Source: Rhynchopus sp. YZ270_cl-10
Taxonomy: Eukaryota
Direction of reading: 5' to 3'
Length of the DNA stretch: 64,000 nucleotides
Assembly: GCA_964035575.1 (NCBI GenBank)
Contig: OZ037834.1
Coordinates: 496,001 to 560,000 of the forward strand
In this document: positions 22,932-36,203 of the stretch, in pieces
Numbering within the stretch: position 1 is the stretch's first letter
Layout of the letters: each line of letters starts with the position of its first letter
Made by a program: the position numbers and the translations under genes
The notes under the pieces: generated by a model
Database searches by the model: none
Told to the model about the DNA's origin: nothing
The model's input: only the letters and a program-made list of their open reading frames with translations

Positions 22932-25900
22932 ATGCGCGCACTGCTGCTGCTCTCCATGTCGGTGGGGGTGCTCTCCGTCTCTCCAAGCTTCGACACGTCG
23001 CAAGCATCGCTGATCCAAAAGGAGTTTGAAGCCTTTGCCTCTGCCAACGGAGGACGTGGCGTGAAGCTTGTGATCGGAAACGCAAAGACAGGAGAACAGC
23101 AGGTGTTCTCTGCAGGAGATGCGTCGAAGGGAACACCTGTGTCGGAGAAGACGATCTTCAGGATGGGTGGGATGACAAAGGTGATGGCAGGGATGCTGAC
23201 TGCAATCGCATTTGAGGAGGGTGTGGTGAAGCCGACAGACGCAATTGCGAAGTTTGTTCCTGAGCTGGATGCGGCAGGTCTGAAGGCTGTGAGCTCGCAG
23301 GGAGGTGTGACGGTGACGTCGCCGCTGAACAGGAACTTCACGTTCTGGGACTGTCTTGGCATGAAGTGTGGGTTCAGCTACTCACACTGGGGTATGGGCA
23401 CAATGCGTGAGGCTTCCACCATTTCCCCTGCTGATGGTGTGTTCCCCCTTCTCACCAAGAACAAGTGTGCAGGTGCGTACACAACTGCACACGGAGGAAA
23501 GCTGATCCGCGAAGCTGCTTGGCTTGAGTGCAGAAAGCAGATCCCACTTGTGTCGCAGCCAGGACAGCGTTCGTACTACGGATACGACTACGACGTGATT
23601 GGTCTTGCTCTGTCGCGTGCGTACAAGATGAACGCAGAGGAGCTGATGCGGACGAAGATCTGGAGCAAGCTTGGAATGGACTCTGCCTTCATGAGCTGGC
23701 TGCCACAGGGCACGTCCCCGAGTGGTGATGTTGCGGACCTGCGCTTCACGGCACCTGGTGGCTCTGCTTACACCTCTGGATTTGCACCGAGCAACATGCC
23801 TGCAGGAAAAGACCTGTGGGCCAGTGAGGTGAAGACGTGGGACCAGGACATGTGGAACTTGATGGGACCCTTCAAACACGAGACCTCAGCAGATGCAAAG
23901 TACCCAGGTGTGTCTGGGTTTGGTGAGGGTGCCATGATGACGTTTGAGGACTACGCGAAGTTCCTTGTTGCCGTTGTGAACAAAGGGACTTCTGGGAATG
24001 CAACAATCATCTGCGAGACCATGTGGCAGAAGTTCACGAACCCCACTGTCCTGAGCACAGAGGGCATGCGCGCGAACCCCTCCGTTGGCTACCTTGAGGA
24101 AGGGAGCGACTTCTCGAAGCAGAGCGAATGGAAGTATGTCCACACTTCCCCCCCACACTACGTAGGTGATAACCCACCCCACGTCAGTACATACATCTCA
24201 AAGATGTTATAACCGCCACTTCATAACCTTCACCCTTGTGTTTTGTTTTGTTGTTGATTTTCTTGTACTTGGCGGAAATTGAGTGAAACGTTGGAAAAGG
24301 TTTTCAATGGATTCAATGGATGGAAAAGGTTTTCAAAAAAACCTGTGACAAAAAAAAACACCACCTCACAGATGGGGCTTTGCTGGGAGGAGAGGTGGCA
24401 GCGTGGCAAAGAGAGGCAGCCCGCAGTACCCATTCTTCTCTGAGGCGTCTGGCACGACAGGAGAGTGGCAGGGTGTCTTCGGCACCATGTTCAAGGTATG
24501 GTGCTTGGCTTTGAGTGGAGTCTTGAGAGAGGAGTACAGCTCAGTAGACGCTCTCTGCAAGTCCTTGGAAAAGTTCTCGTTTTTTGCCATGTGCAGAAAA
24601 AACAGTTTGTCTGTGCATACCAATGCACCACACACTAGAACGGTACTTGATTGAGTCACAGAACAGAATCACTTCCTTCTTGAACGCATTGAAACGACAA
24701 AACACACAAAACAGTTTGACTTCGAAAGCGGCATCTACGGTGTGGGAGGAGAGAACACACTGCCCTCGCAGAGTGGTGTGGACCAGGCAGGTGCACGGTT
24801 TGTGAAGGAGCACTTCAGCCGCTGGGCATCGCAGCTGTACCGAGGTGACGCTGTGCAGGCACCTCCAGCAAAGGAGGACGCGTTCGATGCCACTGTGCTG
24901 AAGGAGATCCAGGACGAAGTCACACAGTGGTCCAACGCAAACGGTGGGTGGGGTGTCAAGCTTGTGGTTGGAAACACAAAGTCTGGTGGCAGCCACACAA
25001 TCCAGGCGGGAAAGGCGTCGAAGGGAACACCTGTGTCGGAGAAGACGATCTTCAGGATGGGTGGGATGACAAAGGTGATGGCAGGGATGCTGACTGCAAT
25101 CGCATTTGAGGAGGGTGTGGTGAAGCCGACAGACGCGATTGCGAATTTTGTTCCTGAGCTGGATGCGGCAGGTCTGAAGGCTGTGAGCTCGCAGGGAGGT
25201 GTGATGGTGACGTCGCCGCTGAACAGGAACTTCACGTTCTGGGACTGTCTTGGCATGAAGTGTGGGTTCAGCTACTCACACTGGGGTATGGGCACAATGC
25301 GTGAGGCTTCCACCATTTCCCCTGCTGATGGTGTGTTCCCACTTCTCACTGCTGACAAGTGTGCAGGTGCGTACACAACTGCACACGGAGGAAAGCTGAT
25401 CCGCGAAGCTGCTTGGCTTGAGTGCAGAAAGCAGATCCCACTTGTGTCGCAGCCAGGACAGCGTTCGTACTACGGATACGACTACGACGTGATTGGTCTT
25501 GCTCTGTCGCGTGCGTACAAGATGAACGCAGAGGAGCTGATGCGGACGAAGATCTGGAGCAAGCTTGGAATGGACTCTGCCTTCATGAGCTGGCTGCCAC
25601 AGGGCACGTCCCCGAGTGGTGATGTTGCGGACCTGCGCTTCACAGCACCTGACGCCTCTGCTTACGCCTCAGGCACAACACCGAGCAACATGCCTGCAGG
25701 AAAGGACCTGTGGGCCAGTGAGGTGAAGACGTGGGACCAGGACATGTGGAACTTGATGGGACCCTTCAAACACGAGACCTCGACAGATGCAAAGTACCCA
25801 GGTGTATCTGGGTTTGGTGAGGGTGCCATGATGACGTTTGAGGACTACGCGAAGTTCCTTCATGTGCTGTCGAACAAAGGTGTTGGGAGCAACGGTGTGC

Positions 25901-28365
25901 GTCTTGTGAAGGAGAGCACGTGGACGTGGTTCATGTCTCCCGTTCAGGAGGCTGCTGAGGGAATGTCCTCCGCTCCCGCAGTGTGCTTTGCATCTGCAAC
26001 AGGTGAGATGTCGGCCCAGGCACTTTGGAAGTGGGGCTTTGCGAGTCTGACGAAGGAGGCTGCATCCACAGAAGCAGGAGGTCCGTCCCCTTCACTGGCA
26101 CAGCAGGACACTGTTGCAGCTGGGCAGTGGAGTGGTGAGTTTGGAACGATGTTCAAGTTTGATGCTGAGGCAGGGGTGTACGGAGTGGGAGGAGAGAACA
26201 CACTTCCGGGACAGTCAGGCGCTGGGAGGAAGGGTATTGACTTCATCCGCAGCAACTACGACAGGTGGATGGGGAAGCTGGCTCGTGGTCGCCACACAAA
26301 GCCTGCACAGACTGTCGCAGACGTGCAGAAGTCGGCATCTGTGGTTGAGATCCAGAAGGAAGTGGAGGTGTGGTCGAAGAGCTTCGGACGTGGTGTGAAG
26401 CTTGTGATCGGAAACGCAAAGACAGGAGAGCAGCAGGTGTTCTCTGCAGGAGATGCGTCGAAGGGAACACCTGTGTCGGAGAAGACGATCTTCAGGATGG
26501 GTGGGATGACAAAGGTAATGGCAGGGATGCTGACGGCAATCGCATTTGAGGAGGGTGTGGTGAAGCCGACAGACGCGATTGCGAAGTTTGTTCCTGAGCT
26601 GGATGCAGCAGGTCTGAAGGCTGTGAGCTCGCAGGGAGGTGTGACGGTGACGTCGCCGCTGAACAGGAACTTCACGTTCTGGGACTGTCTTGGGATGAAG
26701 TGTGGGTTCAGCTACTCGCACTGGGGTATGGGCACAATGCGTGAGGCTTCCACCATTTCCCCTTCTGACGGCGTGCTTCCTTTCCTGTCGAGCAACAAGT
26801 GTGCAGGTGCGTACACAACTGCACACGGAGGAAAGCTGATCCGTGAAGCTGCTTGGCTTGAGTGCAGAAAGCAGATCCCACTTGTGTCGCAGCCAGGACA
26901 GCGTTCGTACTACGGATACGACTACGACGTGATTGGTCTTGCTCTGTCGCGTGCGTACAAGATGAACGCAGAGGAGCTGATGCGGACGAAGATCTGGAGC
27001 AAGCTTGGAATGGACTCTGCCTTCATGAGCTGGCTGCCACAGGGCACGTCCCCGAGTGGTGATGTTGCGGACCTGCGCTTCACAGCACCTGACGCCTCTG
27101 CTTACGCCTCAGGCACAACACCGAGCAACATGCCTGCAGGAAAAGACCTGTGGGCCAGTGAGGTGCAGACGTGGGACCAGGACATGTGGAACTTGATGGG
27201 ACCCTTCAAACACGAGACCTCAACAGATGCAAAGTACCCAGGTGTGTCTGGGTTTGGTGAGGGTGCCATGATGACGTTTGAGGACTACGCGAAGTTCCTC
27301 TCTGCGTTGCTGAACAACGGCAACACACAGACAGAGAAGCTTCTTGGCGACGCGATGCTGCGTGCGATGGCTGGGAGCACAACAAGCGAGGACACGGGTC
27401 TGGGTGCCACCCCTGCGGTGCCGTTCGTTGGCGACGAATACGCATCGACCACCGAGTGGAAGTGGGGCTATGCACACACCACCACCGGGGAGGGCTGGAG
27501 CGGCGAATTCGGCACCGTCTTCCGCTTCAACCGCGAGACGGGCGACTACTTGGTGGGTGGCGAGAACACTCTACCTGCACAGGCAGCACGCCACCATGCG
27601 AAGGAGTTCATCCTGGCCAACGCACAACGCTGGACTGGCATGCTCCGTTGTGACACCACAAACAACTTTGTCGCCCCGAACGTTACCAACGGCACAGAAC
27701 CCCTCACTACCACTGAGGGCTCTGGAGATGGAACCACTACGGGTGGCGCAGCAAACGAGGAAGGTACCAGCTCAAGCAGCGGCGCTGGCGCGTGGTTCTT
27801 GATCCTTATTGTGGCTGCCAGCACGCTGCTGCTGTGCACTGCAGCAGGCATCTTCATGCTGCAGAACATTAAGGAACAGCGCCTGCACCTCTCCGACATC
27901 GGCAACATCGAGGACGAAATCATGCAAGAAGACGTATGTAACCCATCTTCTAACACAGACTCTTTTTTTTAGCAACTGTGGACGAATGGTTGCTCTGCAC
28001 TGTCGGAGGATATACTGTACCACTTCCAAATAAAGTAGTCAAATTACCCGTAAAAGGACCAGATCCCCAAAACTTATTTGGAGAATTTCTGTACCTGGAA
28101 ACACTTGACAACAAACTTGTGGAAAACCAGCGCTGCTGATGCTCCGTGATAACGAATATGATAAGGTGACTAAGCACAGAGAGGCTTAGGATTATCTTAT
28201 GAACGTTTCTTTCTTTTCAACCTCTCTTTCCCCCTTAAGTACCCTATCCACACCCCCTCTTAACAACAGTCGAAGGAGCTTCAAGAACCCCACGAGTCTT
28301 TGACTGACTACTCTGGCGGCAGCATGAGCCGTTCCCAGGGGCCTGGGCAGGAGTTTTCGCTCTAA
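22932..28365 (+). CDS. Type I membrane protein with 3 beta-lactamase/EstB-fold (serine hydrolase) domains, catalytic Ser->Gly, ~1546 aa; exons 22932-24133, 24372-24495, 24715-27933, 28270-28365
   Basis: Signal peptide MRALLLLSMSVGVLS. Each domain has KTIFRMGGMTK, PLVSQPGQRSYYGYDYDVIG, IWSKLGMDS and W(Q/S)G(V/E)FGT. T/G/S stalk, TM AWFLILIVAASTLLLCTAAGIFML, tail ending EFSL. Introns 1-2 are supported by alignment to the intronless domains 2 and 3. Confidence 0.9.
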
Positions 28366-29710
28366 AACGAAATGACATCTTTTTTTGCAAAAAAAAATAT
28401 AACAAAAAACCTTTTTTGTTTGTCTCAGCTCTTGGTTGAAGCTCAGTGTGTTCCACCCTTTTGCTGTCCCCTCTCCTCCTTCGCACCCCCATATTTAGTA
28501 GCAAAACAAACATATAGTGGAGTACACTCTAGGGTGGCTGCACTGATCCAACTAAGTTTTCAAAAAAAAAGAAGAAAAATAGAACCCATTCAGTCTGACA
28601 CTAATATCAGCATTTTTTTCAAAAAGAAAAAGGCTGTGTCCCCCAAGATGTATTTTCATGACAGGCTTGCCTTGAACATGTCATCACCTCTCCCTCTCGT
28701 ACATCCCCCCCGTCTTCTTTTATTCATTAAATTTTCTTTTTCTTTTTTGACACTTTGTGATCAAGGTGGCTAAGCACAGAAAGGCTTAGGTTCATCTTGT
28801 AAAAACGTTTTCTTTTAAAAGGCGCAAATCAGCTTATTATAGGCTTCTATCTTGTGATAGGCTGTAATCAAACGATTTTGTTTCTTTTTGCACAAAACAA
28901 AGGGTATATAGAGTGATGCTGTAATGCTTGAAGTGTACCGCATAATAGACAAAATAGGGTTTACAGTGGATACAACACTGCCACCCCTGTCTTTTGTGGT
29001 GCTCGTTGCTGGTGGGGTGAGTGTGTATGCGTGTCCGAGGGTTTTCATACTTGAGAGAGAAAACCAAGGGGTTGTCAAACTGAAGGCAAAAACGATGATG
29101 GGTAGTTACATCCCCTTAACCCTTTGTGCGTGAGATTACAGTCAAAGAAAACCCAGTTTCTAGTTGGGTGATGGTTTTATGCAACAGAAATAATCAAGCG
29201 AGAGAGCACGTCTGTATCCGCAGTTTTCCTTCTTTGCTGAAGGAAAATGAAAATATGTTGGAAGGGAAGGAGAGAAATGAGTATGTTTTTTAAATTGAGT
29301 TTTTTTTTTTTTTTTTTGTTACATGCGAAAATGAACACAGTGTGTAATCGGTACAAATGACGTCCATCTCTTTACTGAGATGGCTGTGTGACCAAAGGGG
29401 GGGGGACAATACGATACAGCTTTTGGAGAGTTGAAGACGGTTTACGTCTTCTTTTAAGCACCTTTTTTTTTTCCTGTTTTTTTTTTTTTGTTTTTTGTTT
29501 TTTGTGACACTCTAAACACAACGCAAATCCAAGTGGAACACCTCACACAAAACAGAGGATACATTCCTCCCACAAGGGTTCTGTGTTAAATGCATGCTTG
29601 CCACCCCTCCCGTAGTGGTGCCCTGTATTGTGATGTTTGCCCTATCAGAATACATCATACACACCACAAGACAGCTTGTATTGTGGTGTGTATGATGTAT
29701 TCTTTATTAT

Positions 29711-29833
29711 TGGTGTGATTCAGGGGGTACGCACAACCCACGGAAGTACCACGGAGAACTGTTTCGGGTTATATTAAGATTTGCGGAGCACCTTCGGGGG
29801 AACCACGGAGAATCCGTTTGGGTGATCACACCA
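29711..29833. mobile_element. TGGTG...CACCA MITE, subfamily 2 (123 bp). Interrupted relative at 62582-63360
   Basis: TIR TGGTGTGAT / ATCACACCA. TSD ATTAT. Confidence 0.85.
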
Positions 29834-30687
29834 ATTATTATGGGCAATTCTATCACCAATACAGCCACCACGAACCCCCCGTACCCCTCCACCACCACCA
29901 CCGTCGCCCCCTTTAGGACCGCCTGGCTCCCCTTATGCAGATCGATGTGGTGGCGCATTTAGCCTTTGAGATGCTTTGAGGGGGGATTTTTGTTTATTTC
30001 ATAGCTGCAAAAAAAAAACCCTTCTTTTGTTCTCAGATTCGAAAGAGGGGTTTTTGTTTTTTTATTCAAACTAAAAAGATGGGATCATTTTTTTGTTGAT
30101 CCCGAAACCTATGCTATCAATTTATTGAAGGCATATGTTGAAATAATTTTTGACATTGTTTACGCAATATTTTTTCGACAAAAAGCATTTCCCTTCGTCA
30201 TGTCTCTCTGTGAGACAGCATGGTTCGTGTGTATTTCACATCAAAAAGATTTTTTTTTTGGAGTTCGTCCGGAAATGATGGCGTTCACACAAAAAACAAA
30301 GGCATCTATCTTTCTCCCCATCACTTTTGCTTTTTTTCCCCCTAAGGTCTCACGGAACCATGTGGGGTGACAAATACGTGACTATTACCCCCAACGGGTT
30401 CCCCTCTTGGCTGTCTTCAAAAATTGAAGAAATTAAAGACATCTAAGACCGACAGAAGACAGAAGACAAGGTGTACCCTTACCTACCCCGCCACGTGTCG
30501 CGTGTCGAGGTGTATTGTGTGTCTTCGTATTGTACGTGTTTGTCACCCCGGTGGTACCCACACTGCACCCACAACTAATATTACTATATCAAAAAACACA
30601 GGTAGAATAGTCTCTTATTAGGGTAGTTGTGTGTTAGCAACAAAGAAATAAAAAAAAATAAAGACGCAAGTCCTGCAGTCCAGCACA

Positions 30688-33600
30688 ATGCGCGCACTGC
30701 TGCTGCTCTCCATGTCGGTGGGGGTGCTCTCCGTCTCTCCAAGCTTCGACACGTCGCAAACATCGCTGATCCAAAAGGAGTTTGAAGCCTTTGCCTCTGC
30801 CAACGGAGGACGTGGTGTGAAGCTTGTGATCGGAAACGCAAAGACAGGAGAGCAGCAGGTGTTCTCTGCAGGAGATGCGTCGAAGGGAACACCTGTGTCG
30901 GAGAAGACGATCTTCAGGATGGGTGGGATGACAAAGGTAATGGCAGGGATGCTGACGGCAATCGCATTTGAGGAGGGTGTGGTGAAGCCGACAGACGCGA
31001 TTGCGAAGTTTGTTCCTGAGCTGGATGCAGCAGGTCTGAAGGCTGTGAGCTCGCAGGGAGGTGTGACGGTGACGTCGCCACTGAACAGGAACTTCACGTT
31101 CTGGGACTGTCTTGGGATGAAGTGTGGGTTCAGCTACTCGCACTGGGGTATGGGCACAATGCGCGATCTTTCCACTATTTCCCCTGCTGATAGTGTGCTT
31201 CCTTCTCTCGCGAGCAACAAGTGTGCAGGTGCGTACACAACTGCACACGGAGGGAAGCTGATCCGCGAAGCTGCTTGGCTTGAGTGCAGAAAGCAGATCC
31301 CACTTGTGTCGCAGCCAGGACAGCGTTCGTACTACGGATACGACTACGACGTGATTGGTCTTGCTCTGTCGCGTGCGTACAAGATGAACGCAGAGGAGCT
31401 GATGCGGACGAAGATCTGGAGCAAGCTTGGAATGGACTCTGCCTTCATGAGCTGGCTGCCACAGGGCACGTCCCCGAGTGGTGATGTTGCGGACCTGCGC
31501 TTCACTGCACCTGGTGGCTCTGCTTACGCCTCAGGCAAAACACCGAGCAACATGCCTGCAGGAAAAGACCTGTGGGCCAGTGAGGTGAAGACGTGGGACC
31601 AGGACATGTGGAACTTGATGGGACCCTTCAAACACGAGACCTCAGCAGATGCAAAGTACCCAGGTGTGTCTGGGTTTGGTGAGGGTGCCATGATGACGTT
31701 TGAGGACTACGCGAAGTTCCTTGTCGCAGTTGTGAACAAAGGTGCTTCTGGGAATGCAACAATCATCTGCGAGACCATGTGGCAGAAGTTCACGAACCCC
31801 ACTGTCCTGAGCACAGAGGGCATGCGTGTGAGTCCCTCAGTTGGCTACCTTGAGGAGGGGAGCGACTTCTCGAAGCAGAGCGAGTGGAAGTATGTGCACA
31901 CTTTCCCCCCACACCACGTGATAACCCACCGCATGTCAGTACATTCATCCCAAAGATGTTATAACCACCACTTCATAGCTTCGCCCTTGTGTTTTGTTTT
32001 GTTTTGTTTTGTTGTTCATTTTCTTGTACTTCGCGGAAATTGAGTGAAACTGGAAAAGATTTTCAAAAAAAAACCTGTGACAAAAAAACACCACCTCACA
32101 GATGGGGCTTTGCTGGGAGGAGAGGTGGCAGCGTGGCAAAGAGAGGCAGCCCGCAGTACCCATTCTTCTCTGAGGCGTCAGGCACGACAGGAGAGTGGCA
32201 GGGTGTCTTCGGCACCATGTTCAAGGTATGGTGCTTGGCTTTGCGTGGAGGCTGAGAGAGGAGAACTATAACAAAACAAACGTGTTCGCTTTCTTTGCTT
32301 TGTGCATTCAAGAGGTCATTTTGATTTGTTACTCAATCAAGTATCACCACGGCGCTTGATTGAGTATAGTGGTTCCTGGCACGGTGTAGACCTTGCTCGT
32401 ATTCTGCATTGAAACCACAAAACACACAAAACAGTTCGACTTCGAAAGCGGGATCTACGGTGTGGGAGGAGAGAACACACTGCCCTCTCAGAGTGGTGTG
32501 GACCAGGCAGGTGCACGGTTTGTGAAGGAGCACTTCAGCCGCTGGGCATCGCAGCTGTACCGAGGTGACGCTGTGCAGGCACCTCCAGCAAAGGAGGACG
32601 CGTTCGATGCCACTGTGCTGAAGGAGATCCAGGATGAAGTCACACAGTGGTCCAACGCAAACGGTGGGTGGGGTGTCAAGCTTGTGGTTGGAAACACAAA
32701 GTCTGGTGGCAGCCACACAATCCAGGCGGGAAAGGCGTCGAAGGGAACACCTGTGTCGGAGAAGACGATCTTCAGGATGGGTGGGATGACAAAGGTGATG
32801 GCAGGGATGCTGACTGCAATCGCATTTGAGGAGGGTGTGGTGAAGCCGACAGACGCGATTGCGAATTTTGTTCCTGAGCTGGATGCGGCAGGTCTGAAGG
32901 CTGTGAGCTCGCAGGGAGGTGTGACGGTGACGTCGCCGCTGAACAGGAACTTCACGTTCTGGGACTGTCTTGGCATGAAGTGTGGGTTCAGCTACTCACA
33001 CTGGGGTATGGGCACAATGCGTGAGGCTTCCACCATTTCCCCTGCTGATGGTGTGTTCCCCCTTCTCACCAAGAACAAGTGTGCAGGTGCGTACACAACT
33101 GCAAACGGAGGAAAGCTGATCCGTGAAGCTGCTTGGCTTGAGTGCAGAAAGCAGATCCCACTTGTGTCGCAGCCAGGACAGCGTTCGTACTACGGATACG
33201 ACTACGACGTGATTGGTCTTGCTCTGTCGCGTGCGTACAAGATGAACGCAGAGGAGCTGATGCGGACGAAGATCTGGAGCAAGCTTGGAATGGACTCTGC
33301 CTTCATGAGCTGGCTGCCACAGGGCACGTCCCCGAGTGGTGATGTTGCGGACCTGCGCTTCACGGCACCTGGTGGCTCTGCTTACACCTCTGGATTTGCA
33401 CCGAGCAACATGCCTGCAGGAAAAGACCTGTGGGCCAGTGAGGTGAAGACGTGGGACCAGGACATGTGGAACTTGATGGGACCCTTCAAACACGAGACCT
33501 CAGCAGATGCAAAGTACCCAGGTGTGTCTGGGTTTGGTGAGGGTGCCATGATGACGTTTGAGGACTACGCGAAGTTCCTTCATGTGCTGTCGAACAAAGG

Positions 33601-36203
33601 TGTTGGGAGCAACGGTGTGCGTCTTGTGAAGGAGAGCACGTGGACGTGGTTCATGTCTCCTGTGCAGGAGGCTGCTGAGGGAATGTCTTTTTCGCCTGCC
33701 ACTAGGTTCACTTCGGCCACTGGTGAGATGTCGGCCCAGGCACTTTGGAAGTGGGGCTTTGCGAGTCTGACGAAGGAGGCTGCATCCACAGAAGCAGGTG
33801 GTCCGTCCCCTTCACTGGCACAGCAGGACACTGTTGCAGCTGGGCAGTGGAGTGGTGAGTTTGGAACGATGTTCAAGTTTGATGCTGAGGCAGGGGTGTA
33901 CGGAGTGGGAGGAGAGAACACACTTCCGGGACAGTCAGGCGCTGGGAGGAAGGGTATTGACTTCATCCGCAGCAACTACGACAGGTGGATGGGGAAGCTG
34001 GCTCGTGGTCGCCACACAAAGCCTGCACAGACTGTCGCAGACGTGCAGAAGTCGGCATCTGTGGTTGAGATCCAGAAGGAAGTGGAGGTGTGGTCGAAGA
34101 GCTTCGGACGTGGTGTGAAGCTTGTGATCGGAAACGCAAAGACAGGAGAGCAGCAGGTGTTCTCTGCAGGAGATGCGTCGAAGGGAACACCTGTGTCGGA
34201 GAAGACGATCTTCAGGATGGGTGGGATGACAAAGGTAATGGCAGGGATGCTGACGGCAATCGCATTTGAGGAGGGTGTGGTGAAGCCGACAGACGCGATT
34301 GCGAAGTTTGTTCCTGAGCTGGATGCAGCAGGTCTGAAGGCTGTGAGCTCGCAGGGAGGTGTGACGGTGACGTCGCCGCTGAACAGGAACTTCACGTTCT
34401 GGGACTGTCTTGGGATGAAGTGTGGGTTCAGCTACTCGCACTGGGGTATGGGCACAATGCGTGAGGCTTCCACTATTTCCCCTGCTGATAGTGTGTTCCC
34501 ACTTCTCACCAAGAACAAGTGTGCAGGTGCGTACACAACTGCAAACGGAGGGAAGCTGATCCGTGAAGCTGCTTGGCTTGAGTGCAGAAAGCAGATCCCA
34601 CTTGTGTCGCAGCCAGGACAGCGTTCGTACTACGGATACGACTACGACGTGATTGGTCTTGCTCTGTCGCGTGCGTACAAGATGAACGCAGAGGAGCTGA
34701 TGCGGACGAAGATCTGGAGCAAGCTTGGAATGGACTCTGCCTTCATGAGCTGGCTGCCACAGGGCACGTCCCCGAGTGGTGATGTTGCGGACCTGCGCTT
34801 CATGGCACCTGACGCTTCTGCTTACGCCTCAGGCAAAACACCGAGTAACATGCCTGCAGGAAAAGACCTGTGGGCCAGTGAGGTGCAGACGTGGGACCAG
34901 GACATGTGGAACTTGATGGGACCCTTCAAACACGAGACCTCAACAGATGCAAAGTACCCAGGTGTGTCTGGGTTTGGTGAGGGTGCCATGATGACGTTTG
35001 AGGACTACGCGAAGTTCCTCTCTGCGTTGCTGAACAACGGCAACACACAGACAGAGAAGCTTCTTGGCGACGCGATGCTGCGTGCGATGGCTGGGAGCAC
35101 AACAAGCGAGGACACGGGTCTGGGCGCTTCCCCTGGAGTTCCTTTCTTTGGCGACGAATACGCATCGACCACCGAGTGGAAGTGGGGCTATGCACACACC
35201 ACCACCGGGGAGGGCTGGAGCGGCGAATTCGGCACCGTCTTCCGCTTCAACCGCGAGACGGGCGACTACTTGGTGGGTGGCGAGAACACTCTACCTGCAC
35301 AGGCAGCACGCCACCATGCGAAGGAGTTCATCCTGGCCAACGCACAACGCTGGACTGGCATGCTCAACTGCGACGCCACCATGAACACGACTACCGACAC
35401 AACGAATGTCACCTTCCCCACTGACGCACCCTCTAACGACAACACCACCAATGGCACAGACGTGCCCGACGCAGACGACACCACCTCCCCCTCTGATGCT
35501 GACAACACGACCTACAGCAACACCACCGTCACACCTGACGACGCATCCAGCACCAATTCCCCTAACGAGACCAACTCGACCACCTCCCCTGTCAACATGC
35601 TCGACAGCGCGGTGCACGAAAAGATTGGCGACAACGACGACGGTGCGAGCATCTGGCTCATCCTCCTCGCAGTACTGGGAGGGCTCTGTGTGGTGCTCTC
35701 TGTCATTGGGGCTGTGATCTACAAGAAAACCAGGAAGCAAAGACTGCACCTTTCTGACCTTACCAATATGGATGACGAAATCTTTTATGAGCACTACGTA
35801 TGTAAACGCATTTTCAAAGGAAAAAAAATACCAAAATAGAGGGTTTCGTATTTCAAGTCAACTTTCATTATGTTCCTGATGTAAACCACGAAACAATCGA
35901 TGTAGGACTGCAGTTGGGGGTACACCCACAACCCCGGTACATTGTCATTAGAGGGTTGTTGTATTTCAAGCCAACTTTTCTTTCATCACGGTGACTAAGC
36001 ACGAGAGACTTAGGATCATCTTATAAACCTTTCTTGATTTGCCTCAATAGAGTTTCCCTTACCACCACCCCCCATCCCCACAGGACCAAGAGCTCAGCGG
36101 ATTCGAGTCCCCCTCTGATGGAGCAGCACCAAGCCCCACAGCATCTGGGGGCAACGCCAGCAGTATGCATTCCTCTTCAGAGAACGTAAACTTCCGCCTG
36201 TAA
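30688..36203 (+). CDS. Paralogue 2 of the triple pseudo-beta-lactamase membrane protein, ~1602 aa; exons 30688-31889, 32102-32225, 32435-35797, 36084-36203
   Basis: Same exon structure and near-identical domains. Longer T/D/N-rich stalk with many N-x-T/S sequons. TM IWLILLAVLGGLCVVLSVIGAVIY. Tail ending NFRL. Confidence 0.9.

Noticed and set aside
22896..24212. Treating ORFs 22896-24212 / 24742-27972 and 30688-32043 / 32393-35839 as four genes or as pseudogenes
   Set aside because: GT-AG introns join them in frame and restore WK|WGF and FK|FD as in the intronless domains.
22853..35794. Many antisense and alternate-frame ORFs over the beta-lactamase-like genes (likewise over the Cys-rich genes and the kinase)
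   Set aside because: Shadows of GC-rich codon usage, repeated because the sense genes are repeated.
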